This document shows, piece after piece, positions 52,389 to 64,000 of a stretch of DNA of 64,000 nt; within the stretch, counting starts at the first letter, position 1, and every line of letters starts with the position of its first letter. The notes below the pieces were generated by a model. That model was not told where the DNA came from and ran no database searches. It saw only the letters and a list, made by a program, of their open reading frames with translations. The stretch lies in NCBI GenBank assembly GCA_951406725.2, contig OX597836.1, positions 30,876,001 through 30,940,000 of the forward strand, in the 5' to 3' direction. Source of the DNA: Octopus vulgaris (taxonomy: Eukaryota). The position numbers were made by a program, and so were the translations under genes.

Positions 52389-52899
52389 TTGTTGTTTCAT
52401 CCTTTAGGAGGAACAGTTGTTTGTTCCTTCTTGAGCCATGCCTGGCTCATAAGGGCCGGTATCTAATCAATAAATATTGATTTCAAATTTTGGCACAAGG
52501 CCAGCAATTTTGGAGGAGGTGTTGATTACATAAACCCTAGTGCTCAAATGATACTTATTTTATCAACCCCGAAAGGATGAAGGGCAAAGCTAACCTCGGA
52601 GGAATTTGAACTCAGAACATAAAGACAGACACTTGGCATTTTGCTAATTTAGGCCCCTGCGTAAATCAATATATACAGTATATATTTATTGAAAGTAAAT
52701 CACAGCATATATAGATCGGAATTGGTCTCCTAGACACCGTGTGCTTATGCCTTAAGATGGCAATGGTGTGTGTGTATGTGTGTGTGTGTATCTGAAAGTG
52801 AGTATGTATAAACATGTCTATGTAAGTGGATGTATATACATGCATATGCATACATATATTCGTACACACACACACACACCAATATATATATATATATAT

Positions 52900-52945
52900 A
52901 ATAAATAATAATGAAATTATTGTATACAGTGCTCAGGTGCACCCC
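52900..52945 (-). mobile_element. extreme 5'-truncated CR1 end
   Basis: Only gtgcacctgagcactgtatacaataatttcattatt remains, the same terminus as ~36862-36900. Confidence 0.7.
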
Positions 52946-53257
52946 AATGATTCTGCCAGCTTACTACCTTATTTAATCAATAAATATAATTAAATTAGTA
53001 GCTAACATTGTTTTAACATCTACTTTTTCCTGCTTGCTTGGGTCAGATGAGAATAATTTGGGCAGAGTTTTCTACAGCTGGATGCCCTTCTTGTCACCAA
53101 CTTTCTCCCCACCTATATCCAAATGAGGCTAATGATCTCCCAGTCTATTATTGAATTACAAGCACCCTGGACATGTTTATAGTGAGAACTTGAAACAAAT
53201 GGCATTGAAATGAACCTTTTGTTCACTGAGCTTGTTCAGTATGTGAAGACGTGCTAA

Positions 53258-53431
53258 GAAGCCCTGAAATGCTTTCATATTGGACTGCGAGGAAATGACA
53301 CCATTAGTTCAGACACTGTTTACGAACCAGTGAATCCGCAAACAAAACATGTGTAGAGAGGAAGCACGAAATCTGTGTGTGTGTGAGAGAGAGGGAGAGA
53401 GAGAGAGAGTGAGGGAGAGAAAGAGAAAGCA

Positions 53432-53462
<31 letters not shown>

Positions 53463-53600
53463 TAGAGATTGAGAGAGAAAGAGATTTCATACTTCCTCTC
53501 TACACACGTTTAGCTTGCTGGTTCACTGGTTTGTAATTAATGTCTATGCTAACGGTGCCATTTCCTTACAGTACACTATGAGAACGTTTCAGTGTTTCTC
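53258..53600. repeat. diverged ~118-bp inverted repeat around a (GA)n spacer
   Basis: Arms ~53258-53375 and ~53482-53600 (gaggaaatgacacc/ggtgccatttcct; gtgtagagaggaag/cttcctctctacac). Confidence 0.8.
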
Positions 53601-55592
53601 ACAGAAAGAGAGAGAGAGAGAGGGAGAGACTGAGAGAGAGAGAGAGAGGGAGAGACTAAGAGAGAGAGAGAGTTTTCTTTCAGTGTTGAGAAAAGAAATT
53701 CCCCCTACTTTTTCACACTCTTGTTAATGTACCTACCCATCCACCCTGTCAAATCCTCTGTTCCACTTCTGTTATGTTCACCTTTCTGTAACCTTAGGGT
53801 ATGCCCTGACATCTCTTCGCCATTTTCTTTCCCTTTCCATCAGGGTTAGCCATGTATTTACAGCAAAAAAAACCCTGTTACTTTCCTTCTATCGTACTTT
53901 ATCCTCTCATCATCAGGCATAAAGCCATCTTCCTCAATACTACCCCCTGTACCCCACTTGGTTTTGTCTTGTAGGTTACTTGATGACTTCACTTGTGCTG
54001 GTGTCATGTAAAAAAATCACTGTGAAGTGTTTGGCATTAGGAAGGGCAACAGGCCGAAGAACCCATGCTAAAGCCGATGTTGGAGCTGAACAGAGTCCTT
54101 ATGCTCCTCGGCGCTTCTCAAACCATTCAACCCATGCTAGCATGGAAAACAGACATCAACCATTTAGCATTTAAAGTGGCCATCTCTGGCCAAAATATTC
54201 CAGGTGTTTTATGTTGAAATTGGTCAGATCTGGCCTCTTGCACCAACCCTACAACATCATTCTAAAAGTTAACTGTTACTTCATCAAAATCTCAAAGCTT
54301 TGAGGTAATGCATGATTAATTCAAAACAATGTGAATAAACAAGAATTAGATTTAAACGATGATGGTGTCTCAGAGTGGTTGGCGTTAGGAAGGGCATCCA
54401 GCTGTAGAAACTCTGCCAGATCAAGATTGGAGCCTGGTGCAGCGATCTGGTTCGCCAGACCTCAGTCAAATCGTCCGACCCATGCTAGCATGGAAAGCAG
54501 ACGTTAAACAATGATGATGATGATGATGATGATGATGCATTTAACTGAGTAATCTGAGTGCTAAAGTGTTAATCAAAGCTGATGATGATGATGGAGATGA
54601 TGATAGTAGTGGTGATGATGATGGTGGTGATGGTGGTGATGCTTGTGGTGGTGATGATGGGGGTGGTGATGATGGGGGTGGTGATGATGGTGATGATGAT
54701 GGTTGCGGTGATGATGGTGATGGTAATCATGATGATGATGATGATCATGACAATGACGATGATTTATATTTGTCTCTGTCTATTTTAAGTAATAATGCTT
54801 AATTATTTTTTGTCTTTTTTTGGGTTTTTTTTTTTATATATCTGAACCATGATTGATGATACCTGTTGTTTTACTTGTGACAAGCTTGGCTTCATTAATA
54901 TGCAGAGGTCTCAAGTTTATTCTAACCTCGCACGAAAAATCAGATCAATAGCATTTTGATTGTACTTAAATAATATTTAGATATTTGTCAGATTATGAAT
55001 TATAATTGTACTTAAATCATAGCAGATATTTATTAATCAGTCTGATTACCACGAGTAACTGATGATTGTTTAATTCCAAAGATTTATTGATCAAAGCAGT
55101 TTATATCATGCAGTATTAATTTGGTTCACTTTACCGTATTTTGTTTCATGTAATGACTGTTTAGAGTTTAATTTTGTGACAATATCTGCATATAACAACA
55201 GCTTTAACATACATTGGAAGATTTGGTAAAAAAAAAACAAATACAAAACAAATACAAAAACAAAAAACAAAAACATTATGTTATTGATTGAAAATGGATT
55301 TATATAGCCAGTGGCATTACGTGTAAACTTAGGTTTTTTTTTTATATAGAAGGGGAAATTTTATAGCATTAAATTTATAATATATAAATAAGGAAATATT
55401 TAAAAAATATATAATACATTTAGACTAGGCAGAGGTGTGGCTGTGTGGTATGAAGTTTGCTTCCCAACCATATGGTCCCAGGTTCAGTCCCACTGTATGG
55501 CAGCTTGAGCAAGTGTCTTCTACCATGGTCTGTGGGCCAACCAAAAGCTATATGAGTGGATTTGGTGGGAGACAGAAACTGAAAGGAGCATG

Positions 55593-55679
<87 letters not shown>

Positions 55680-55681
<2 letters not shown>

Positions 55682-55980
55682 CATGACCGACCAGGCTATC
55701 AGATGTTGCTACACATCACTGGTCACAATGCATTTCGCATTGCTTTAGCCTTCAAATGATGCCACCCCACTGACTAAGCGAGCAGGCCAACAGTAGGAAG
55801 AGTGAGAGAAAGTTGTGGCGAAAGAGTACAGCAGGGATCACCACCACCCCCTGCCGGAGACTCGTGGAGCTTTAGGTGTTTTCACTCAATAAACACTCAC
55901 AATGCCCGATCTGGGAATTGAAACCGCAATCCTACAACCGTGAATCCACTGCTCTAACCACTGGGCCATAACATCTCCAC
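55680..55980 (-). mobile_element. SINE-A head with another alternative tail
   Basis: A head at 55795-55980. Unrelated tail at 55680-55795. Confidence 0.65.
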
Positions 55981-56129
55981 ACACACACACACAATGGAGA
56001 AATTATACAAAATGTATAAATAGATGATGAGTAAAGCACCGGTACAGTTTCAATTATTTGTTGTTATCCATAGATTTATTGCAGGAATATTGTAGTGGCG
56101 GTTGGAGTAACAGTATTAATAAAATATAG

Positions 56130-56313
56130 TGGGTCGTTGGCGATTTTCTTCCTCTGCCTTCCCTTCTATTGGACTTTCTCTGTTTCCGAAGAAGAGCGTC
56201 TGCTCGAAACATTAAACCATCTTTCTTTCCTCCCCTGAGTGTCTGCTAATACTTTAAATTAACCACATCCTTGCGTTGTTGTTTTTTTTGTGTTTGTTCT
56301 TCTTTTTTGGATT

Positions 56314-56318
<5 letters not shown>
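56130..56318 (+). mobile_element. Penelope-LTR-like fragment with minimal hammerhead-like motif (56182-56217)
   Basis: gttt-CCGAAGA-a-gagc-gtct-gctc-GAAA-ca-TT-aaac. Homologous to 58500-58700 on the minus strand. Confidence 0.55.
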
Positions 56319-56366
<48 letters not shown>

Positions 56367-56399
56367 AATATATATATATATGCATACACACACACACAC

Positions 56400-56540
56400 A
56401 AGTAAGCACATACATGCAAAACAAGGTGGAGAAAAATAGTACTTGAATACCAAAGGCGGAGTAATATACTTTTATTAAAGCTTCAAAATTTTCACAAAAT
56501 TGTTACTCAGAGTTCCAGGTTCCTGTTCATCAGACAGTAG
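56400..56540 (-). mobile_element. Penelope-LTR-like fragment with hammerhead-like motif (56499-56539)
   Basis: Minus strand: actgt-CTGATGA-aca-ggaa-cct-GGAA-ctc-t-gag-TA-acaat, followed by aataaa. Confidence 0.55.
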
Positions 56541-56737
56541 TGATGATGATGAAGTGTTTGTGTGTGTGTGTGTGTGTGCTTTTGTGTTTGTCTGCTACTG
56601 CCACTTGACAGCTGGTGATGATTTGCTTATGTCCCTGAAACTTAGCATTTTGACAAAAGAGTCTGATAGAATAAGTACTTGTTAGTTTCTCTGACTAAAC
56701 CTTTCAAAGCAGAGCACCAATATGGCTGCAGTCCAAT

Positions 56738-57268
56738 CATCATCATCATCATCATCATCGTTTAATGTCTGCTTTCCATGCTAGCATGGGTTGGACGATT
56801 TGACTGAGAACTGGCGAACCAGATGGCTGCACCAGGCTCCAATCTTGATCTGGCAGAGTTTCTACAGCTGGATGCCCTTCCTAACACCAATCACTCCGAG
56901 AGTGTAGTGGGTGCTTTTATGTGCCACCGGCACGAGGGCCAGTCAGTCGGTACTAGCAATGGCCACGTTCAAATGGTGTTTTTTATGTGCCACCTGCATA
57001 AGAGCCAGTCCAGTGGCACTGGCAACGACCTCGCTTGAATGTTTTTTCACGTGCCACCAGCAAAAGTGCCAGTAAGGCAATGCTGGTAACAATCACGCTA
57101 GAATGGTGTTTTTTACATGCCACTGGCATGGAAGCCAGTTAGCTGCTGTGGCAATGATCATGCTCAGATGGTGCTCTTAGCGCTCCACTAGCACGGATGC
57201 CAGTCATCGAATTTGACTTCGATATCACTTGCCTTAACAGGTCTTCGCAAGCAAAGTTTAGTGTCCAA
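56738..57268 (-). mobile_element. RTE-like 3' UTR copy
   Basis: Reverse complement of ~48350-48795 with five internal repeat units. Confidence 0.75.
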
Positions 57269-58499
57269 TGACTAAAACAAATAAAAGATAAAACTTTTAA
57301 AAAAAAAGAAAGACTAGTAAAGCATTTGTATAGTGGAACTGATCTTCAAGTACCCATTGTCAGTTTTTCTCATTCCTTATGAAACACTTAGTAGGGTTTC
57401 TGTGTAAAGAGTCGAAGCAAGGCGTTGTTTGAACAATACAGGCAATGCATTTTATGAACAACGTGAAAATTATTAGTTGTATACAAGGAAGCTGAATAGA
57501 TTGGAAATACCAATTTCCTAATACTGTTACATTAACTAGAACTTCTATATTAAATGTAATGGATGTAGGACTATGTTATCCAATCTGTTCTTCCTTTTAT
57601 TAAGATGTTAGGATTTTATTTGAGAGCAATTTAATTGTTATTTTTAGGAGGTCAAGTAACTACATAGACATTTGCATTAACTTACAAAATATTTGTAAAT
57701 ACTGTTTGTTGGTATTGAGCTTGTCTTTAACCCTTTAGCGTTCAGATTACTCTGTCAAATGTATTGCTTATTTATTCACATTGTTTTGAATTAGTCATAC
57801 AATATTTCATAGCTTTAAGGTGGCGCGCTGGCAGAAATGTTAGCACACCGGGTAAAATGCTTAGTGGTATTTCGTCTGTCTTTACGTTCTGAGTTCAAAT
57901 TCCACCGAGGTTGACTTTGCCTTTCATCCTTTTGGAGTCGATAAATTAAGTACCAGTTGAATACTGGGGTCGGTCTAATCGACTGGACCCCTCCCCCAAA
58001 ATTTCAGAGGTAGATCTGTCCAGCTTGATCATGAAACAGGTAGAGGATTTGGGTTGGACACAGCCAATTTAAATGGCAAAGGGTTAAAGATAAATTTATT
58101 AATAACGGTCAGATAATATTTTGTCAGAAGTGTAAAGTAAAATATGTACTTTTTTTTTTAAAGCCTGATACTTATTTGATCAGACTCTTTTTGTCAAACC
58201 GCTAGTTTGTGAGTTGGTAGGATACAAACAAACACACACACACACATGCACCGTCATCATCTAATGTCTTGTCCATGCTGGTATGGGTTGGACAGTTTGA
58301 CCATGGCTTGTAAGCTGGAGAGCTGCACCAGACTCCAGTCTGATATGGCATGGTTTCTATGGCTGGATGCCCTTCCTGATGCCAGTCACTTTACAGAGTG
58401 TGCTTTTATGTGGCACTGCATGGGTGCTTTTTTCTTCAGAGGCCTTCCAAAATGAAAGTAAGGCTGTTTATATATATGCATATGTATATATATATATAG

Positions 58500-58700
58500 T
58501 TAAACCAAACAAGAAAGCACAAAAAAAACACAACAACGCGAGGACGTGGAATAAATATAGTATTATTGGATGCTCAAGAAAGAAGGAAAGGAGGGTTTAA
58601 CGTTTCAAGCGGAGCTCTTTGTCGGAAACATAGGAGAAGGAAAGATCCAGAGAAAGGAAGACAGAGGAAAAAAAATCGCCAACGGTACACACGAGGTCAT
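58500..58700 (-). mobile_element. Penelope-LTR-like fragment with hammerhead-like motif (58595-58629)
   Basis: Minus strand: gttt-CCGACAA-a-gagc-tcc-gctt-GAAA-cg-TT-aaac. Flanked by (TA)n. Confidence 0.55.
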
Positions 58701-58835
58701 ACATATACATACATACATATATGTATACATGCATTATGTGTATGAATGTGTGTGTGTATATGTATGTATGTATATGAATGTATAAGTATCTATGTATATG
58801 TATGTATATGTATATATATGTGTATATATGTGTAT

Positions 58836-58881
<46 letters not shown>

Positions 58882-58906
58882 GTGTGTGTGTGTATAGATA
58901 TATATC

Positions 58907-58945
<39 letters not shown>

Positions 58946-60369
58946 GTATATATGTTTATGTATATGTATATATATATTTTAGACATGTGTACCAACAGAA
59001 ACTGGCATTGTTCTCTTTGAATATCAGATGACGGAGGATTGTGAGACTCATCCAATCCATGCTGACATGGAAAGGCAGATGTAAAACAATGACGATAACG
59101 GAGTAGTAGCTTCAGATACATTGATTCTACAGCTTCAAATTTCTCTTTTTTCCTTCCTTCCTTCTTTTTCTTCTTTTCTTACATTTACTATGTACTTGTA
59201 CTGCAGTAAAGACACAGTTATATATCAATATTATCATTATTCATTAAAGACTGCAATTGGATTATTCTTTCTTTTTTTTTCTTTCTCCAATTTGATATTT
59301 TTTTTTCCCCTCTAGTGTAATTCTTGCCTCTTCGTATTTCTAATCATTCTATTATGCATTGAAGACTTTCCTTCTATTTATACATTTTTCTTTTTGCGAC
59401 ATGCATAGTGAATAGTATCATTATTATAAATTTGCTACGGGCAAGTGGATTGCTAGAATTAGTAGTTCATTACATAAAGTGTCTTGTGTTATTAGTTCAG
59501 TCTCTTTACAGTCTTAGATCAAATCCTGCTATGATTATCTTCGACTTTCATTCTTCTGGGGTTGATGAAATACAGTACCGGGCAAGTACTGTGGTTGATT
59601 TTTGTCAACTAACCTCTGCTCTTAAATTTCTGGTCTAGTGCCAATGTTAAGAATTATTGTGCTTGCATGGGGCCAGATGGAGTATATTGAGGAAGATTTC
59701 TCTACAACAGGATGCCCTTCCTGTTGCCAACCCTCACTTGTTTCCAAACAAGGTAACATTTCTCCATAGTCAGACATGTCCTTGCAGAATAATGGAAATG
59801 AATGATACTGCTTATATGAGAGTGACACAGTGACACTTATTGATAACTGTCATGTGATGTCAAGACGAGGAGACACAAACACACACACACATTCACAAAC
59901 ATACAAACACACACACATACGCACGCACGCACACGCACACACACATACACTGAGTGAAGTCTAGTAACCAGTTGATCTAGCAAGCAGGTCCTCATCTCAG
60001 TGAGGGGTGTGTGGAGGGCAGGTGCGTAATAATGCTATCAAGAAGAAGGCCCTGAAATAGTGCACATTCTTTTCTGATGACTCCATAAGCTTTCAACTGG
60101 TAGCATTTGCATCTGCAAGTTGTTTGCGATTTGGATATATATATATATATATATATATATGAACACATGATATACACATGATATACAAAGGTACAGGATG
60201 GCCAGAACTGGAATGTCTTTGATTGTAGCTCTGCTGGATTGGTACTAACTTCCTGAGGCAACATAACCACAGAGGAGACTTTATGTGTTAATCTGACTTG
60301 CTGGAGTTGCAAGGTCATACACTACTGTGTTGAAGGGGAGGGAACTTATTTGATGACCTTCAAACTTAG

Positions 60370-61165
60370 CACAACCTTCGAACTTTAGGCCTCACCGAGA
60401 CAATGACCAGCGACCGAGACCTTTGGAAATATGTTGTGCGTGAGAAGACCAGGCAGGACAAGTGAGTCCAGTCCTCTTATGCATGTCTTTCCTCCCTTGG
60501 ACACACAAAGACCTGCTGAGGCAAGCGAAGTCGAAATCGAACCTCATCCGACGACAGGCACCCATGCCAACCCCCCTTCATTGGACACTGAATTCTGCTT
60601 GCAAAGACCTGTTGGGGCAAGTGAAATCGAAATCGGAATCGAAATTGAACCAATCCTATGACTGGCACCCGGCAGTTGCCAGGACTGCCGGACTGACTCC
60701 TGTTCAGGTGGCAAGTGAAGAAACACTATTTCGACCCTGTGCTTGAGGAGATCCATTGAGTCAAGTACACCGACATCAAAATCAATGGAAACTGCAGTTG
60801 TGATCCCTGAGCTGGTGGCACGTAAACAGCCTAGACTGGCTTCCGTGCTGGTGGCACGTAAAAAGCACCATCCGAATCGTGGCCGATGGCCAGTGCCGCC
60901 TCGACTGCCTTCTGTGCCAGTGGAGCGTAAAATGCACCAATCCGATTGTGACCGTTGCCAGCCTCGCCTGGCACCTGTGCAGGTGGCACGTAAAAAGCAC
61001 CCGCTATACACACGGAGTGGTTGGCATTAGGAAAGGCATCCAGCTGTAGAAATACTGCTAGATCAGACTGGAGCCTGGTGCAGCCTTCTGGCTTCCCAGA
61101 TCCCCGGTCGAACCGTCCAACCCATGCTAGCATGGAGAACGGACGTTAAACGATGATGATGATGA
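60370..61165 (+). mobile_element. RTE-like LINE 3' end with ~700-nt UTR
   Basis: HNLRTLGLTETMTSDRDLWKYVVREKTRQDK*, then (atcgaa)n, repeated ggtggcacgtaaaaagcacc and a (GAT)n tail. Confidence 0.75.
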
Positions 61166-61179
61166 ATAATCTCTTAATG

Positions 61180-61368
61180 CAGAGCTCCTCAATTATTGGG
61201 TTGCAGACAAGTACCAGGCCATTGTGGATCATTTGGTACAAGGCACACTGGATCATTTGGTACCAGGCCACACAGAAAGAATAAATTTCTTAATCTAATT
61301 TCTATATTATTGACTACCACAGTCTGTAGGTTGTTTTTGCATTATATATGCATATATATGAGATAAGT

Positions 61369-61419
<51 letters not shown>

Positions 61420-61535
61420 TAAATTATATATTATCCACTTTATTGCGTTTTTGTTATGCACTTGATTGACTGTTCTATGGAAAAATTGTCTGGCATGAAA
61501 CCAGTTCATGGTCCAAAACAAAGCTGGGGCTACTG
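61180..61535. mobile_element. degenerate hAT-like MITE
   Basis: cag...ctg ends with imperfect 8-bp TSD tcttaatg/ccttaata. Confidence 0.5.
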
Positions 61536-63614
61536 CCTTAATACATAGAAAAACAGGATAGCTATGGTTGGAATGCCTTTGGTTACAAGTCTGCTTAATC
61601 AGGACTTTCCTGGAGTTAAATTAGGGCATCTGTCTTTAGTAATTTCCTACCATCATTACCATTCTGTATAATCACAATTACTATTGGGAAATATTATTTT
61701 TAGCATCTGCACCAAATTAGCATTTTTTTTTTTATATTCTCAAAGGCAGTGAGTTGAAATTAATTGCCAGTATTGATAATTCTTTTTTCGGAAGTGCTTT
61801 TATGGCAATTGTTGAGAAATCTCGTGTGGCAGAGGCAGAGAACTGTGTGAAGACCACTTAGAAGCAGCCAAGAAAGGAAGTGTAGCATGTGGAGTACATG
61901 AGGAGTGACATTTTGTTTTCTGGTCGATAGTGAATAATCCTTTAAGAGGAGCCAGAGGCAGAGGTAGTGGAAGTATAGGAGAAGCTCAGTGGAGGATTTT
62001 GCTGGTAGTTTTTAGAGGAAATGTCAATTGGTTGTGTTACCTGATGTGTTTAATTCTTGTTGTTGTGTCAGAGATGGGATACAGAAAAAAAAATGACAAA
62101 TTTTACCAAGAATGGGAAAAATAGTATCATTGTATGTGGGGAAGGTTGAAGGGGATATTAAATAACGTATTGTATAGGAAATGAGAAAATGATAGAAAGG
62201 GTATCACTGTATCAGAGATGAAATGAATAAGATATTGTGTCAGAAAGAGTGTCTTTTGAATGATAGATTGTGTTGGAAATGAGAGAAAGTGTATCATTGT
62301 GTTTGGGATGAGAGAAATGCTATTTTGTGTTGGGTATTGTTAAAGAATATCATTGTTTCAGTTGAGATAATGACATATTATTGAAGAGATAAATTGTATC
62401 ATTGACAGTGAAGGGATAAATGGTCATTTCAGTTAGAAACAGAACAGAGAGCCACTTGAAGCTGTGAGTGATCTCTATTCTATTTAGTGAACAACAAGAG
62501 CAGGCTGTTAGAGATCTCTGTTTTTTTTTTTTAGTGAGCCATCAGGGGATTCTGATGACACCAAGAAAAGCTATTCGTCCTTATTTTTCTTCAGAAAGTG
62601 ACCATGAGCTGTTGGGAGTGATTCCCAAAATGGCTGGTCCATCAACTGAACATTAGTTGCAGATTAACCAATTCATGAATATTAGGATTTATGTTACAGT
62701 TAACCAGATATATGATTATTTTGATGGAGTGTAGGATAAATCTCAGAAACCAAATACATTGGTGAAGGTTTGCATCAGCTGCTGTAAGAAGAAATGGATT
62801 TCAGGCTTTGAATTCCTGGCCTCTTTTCAAAACATTATATTCTTCACTCAAAACATTGTAATCTTCGCTCAAAACATTGTAATCTTCACTATGATGTCCA
62901 TAAGATGTGAGTTAACCCTTGAACATTCAGATTACTCTGTCAAATGTAATGCTTATTTATTCACATTGATTTCAGTTAATCATGCATTACCTTATAGCTT
63001 TGAGATTTCAACGATGTGATTGTGTTTATTCTTAGAACGATATTGTAGTATAAGTGTTTGAGGCTAGATCTGGCTAGCTTTTACACAAAACAGGTAGAAT
63101 ATTTGTGCTGGAAATTGCCATTTTAAATGCTAATGGGTCATAGTTGATCAAATTTCTGGCTACTTTAAAGAAGTTAAGGCCACGAAATTACAAACCAAAC
63201 TTCTTATACAAGATTGCATGTTTCTCTGTTGTCACTTTGTAGAATTTTAGCAGCTCTAAGTCATATTATAAACATCATATTAGGGTGCATTACATTTCAG
63301 CTTCAATGTATCATATTTACTGCTTTCTGAATGTGTTTGCACATATATTTCAACCTGCTTCAGTTTGCCTGCATTAAAAAGAAATTTCTCTCCATCTTCT
63401 TTTCCTCTGTAAATGAGTGTAAATATATGTTTTTATGTAGTTTACATTCTTCCCTGAATGCATTTGTATGTATTTATCTCTCATTGTATGTATGTGTGTG
63501 TACATACATACATACATACATCCTGCTGGGGAACACATACGACATAGAAACTGGGAAACCGGGCCCATGAGACTGGCTAGGCTTTAAAAGGGCGCAAAAA
63601 AAAAATATTTTTAT

Positions 63615-63617
63615 CTA

Positions 63618-63680
<63 letters not shown>

Positions 63681-63919
63681 ATATATATATATATACATAT
63701 ATATACATATGCATAAGCATATGTTTATGTTTGTATGAACGTAAATATACATATATATATATATATATCTCACCATATGTGTGTGTATGTGTAAATACAT
63801 GCATATATACATATGTTTACACTTGTATGCACGTAACTATATATTTATCTCTGACTTTATGTATGTATGTGTATATATACATATGTATATACACATATGT
63901 TTAATTTGTATGCAAGTAA

Positions 63920-63967
<48 letters not shown>

Positions 63968-64000
63968 GTGTATGTGTGTATATGTATATGCATAATTGTC
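63615..64000. repeat. (TATC)n/(TA)n/(TG)n compound microsatellite
   Basis: Simple repeats running to the end of the window. Confidence 0.9.

Noticed and set aside
60700-61010. CRISPR-like repeat-spacer look
   Set aside because: The spacers are related to each other and irregular, the array lies within a LINE UTR in eukaryotic DNA, and there are no cas genes.
61800-62060. Possible minus-strand CR1/L2 relic
   Set aside because: Only a faint motif resemblance, too degenerate to support by eye.
62545-62582. CTGATGA...GAAA hammerhead candidate
   Set aside because: No stem II can form and stem I is weak; likely chance.

Overview
Animal genomic DNA, AT-rich and full of repeats and microsatellites. 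The SINE/LINE repertoire and the (TA/CA/GAT)n density suggest a cephalopod, probably Octopus; this is recognition from memory, not a database result. I found no intact host gene, and almost all ORF-track entries are microsatellite or SINE artefacts. The real coding relics are two CR1-clade RT fragments, RTE-clade C-terminal fragments, a probable Tx1/L1 fragment and a full-length but decayed mariner. Non-coding mobile DNA includes at least four tRNA-headed SINE families with interchangeable tails, piggyBac-, hAT-, Tc/mariner- and Ginger-like MITEs with visible TSDs, and two non-autonomous Helitrons. The most notable observations are: (1) several degenerate type I hammerhead-ribozyme motifs, one next to a ~137-nt hairpin at 26.4-26.6 kb and the others in two small Penelope-LTR-like families; (2) an 11 x 80-bp tandem array of Pol III (A/B-box) SINE heads; (3) a repeated H-type-pseudoknot-like motif in a long RTE 3' UTR, which also seeded a 26-bp minisatellite. 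Coordinates were read by eye and repeat edges may be off by several bases.
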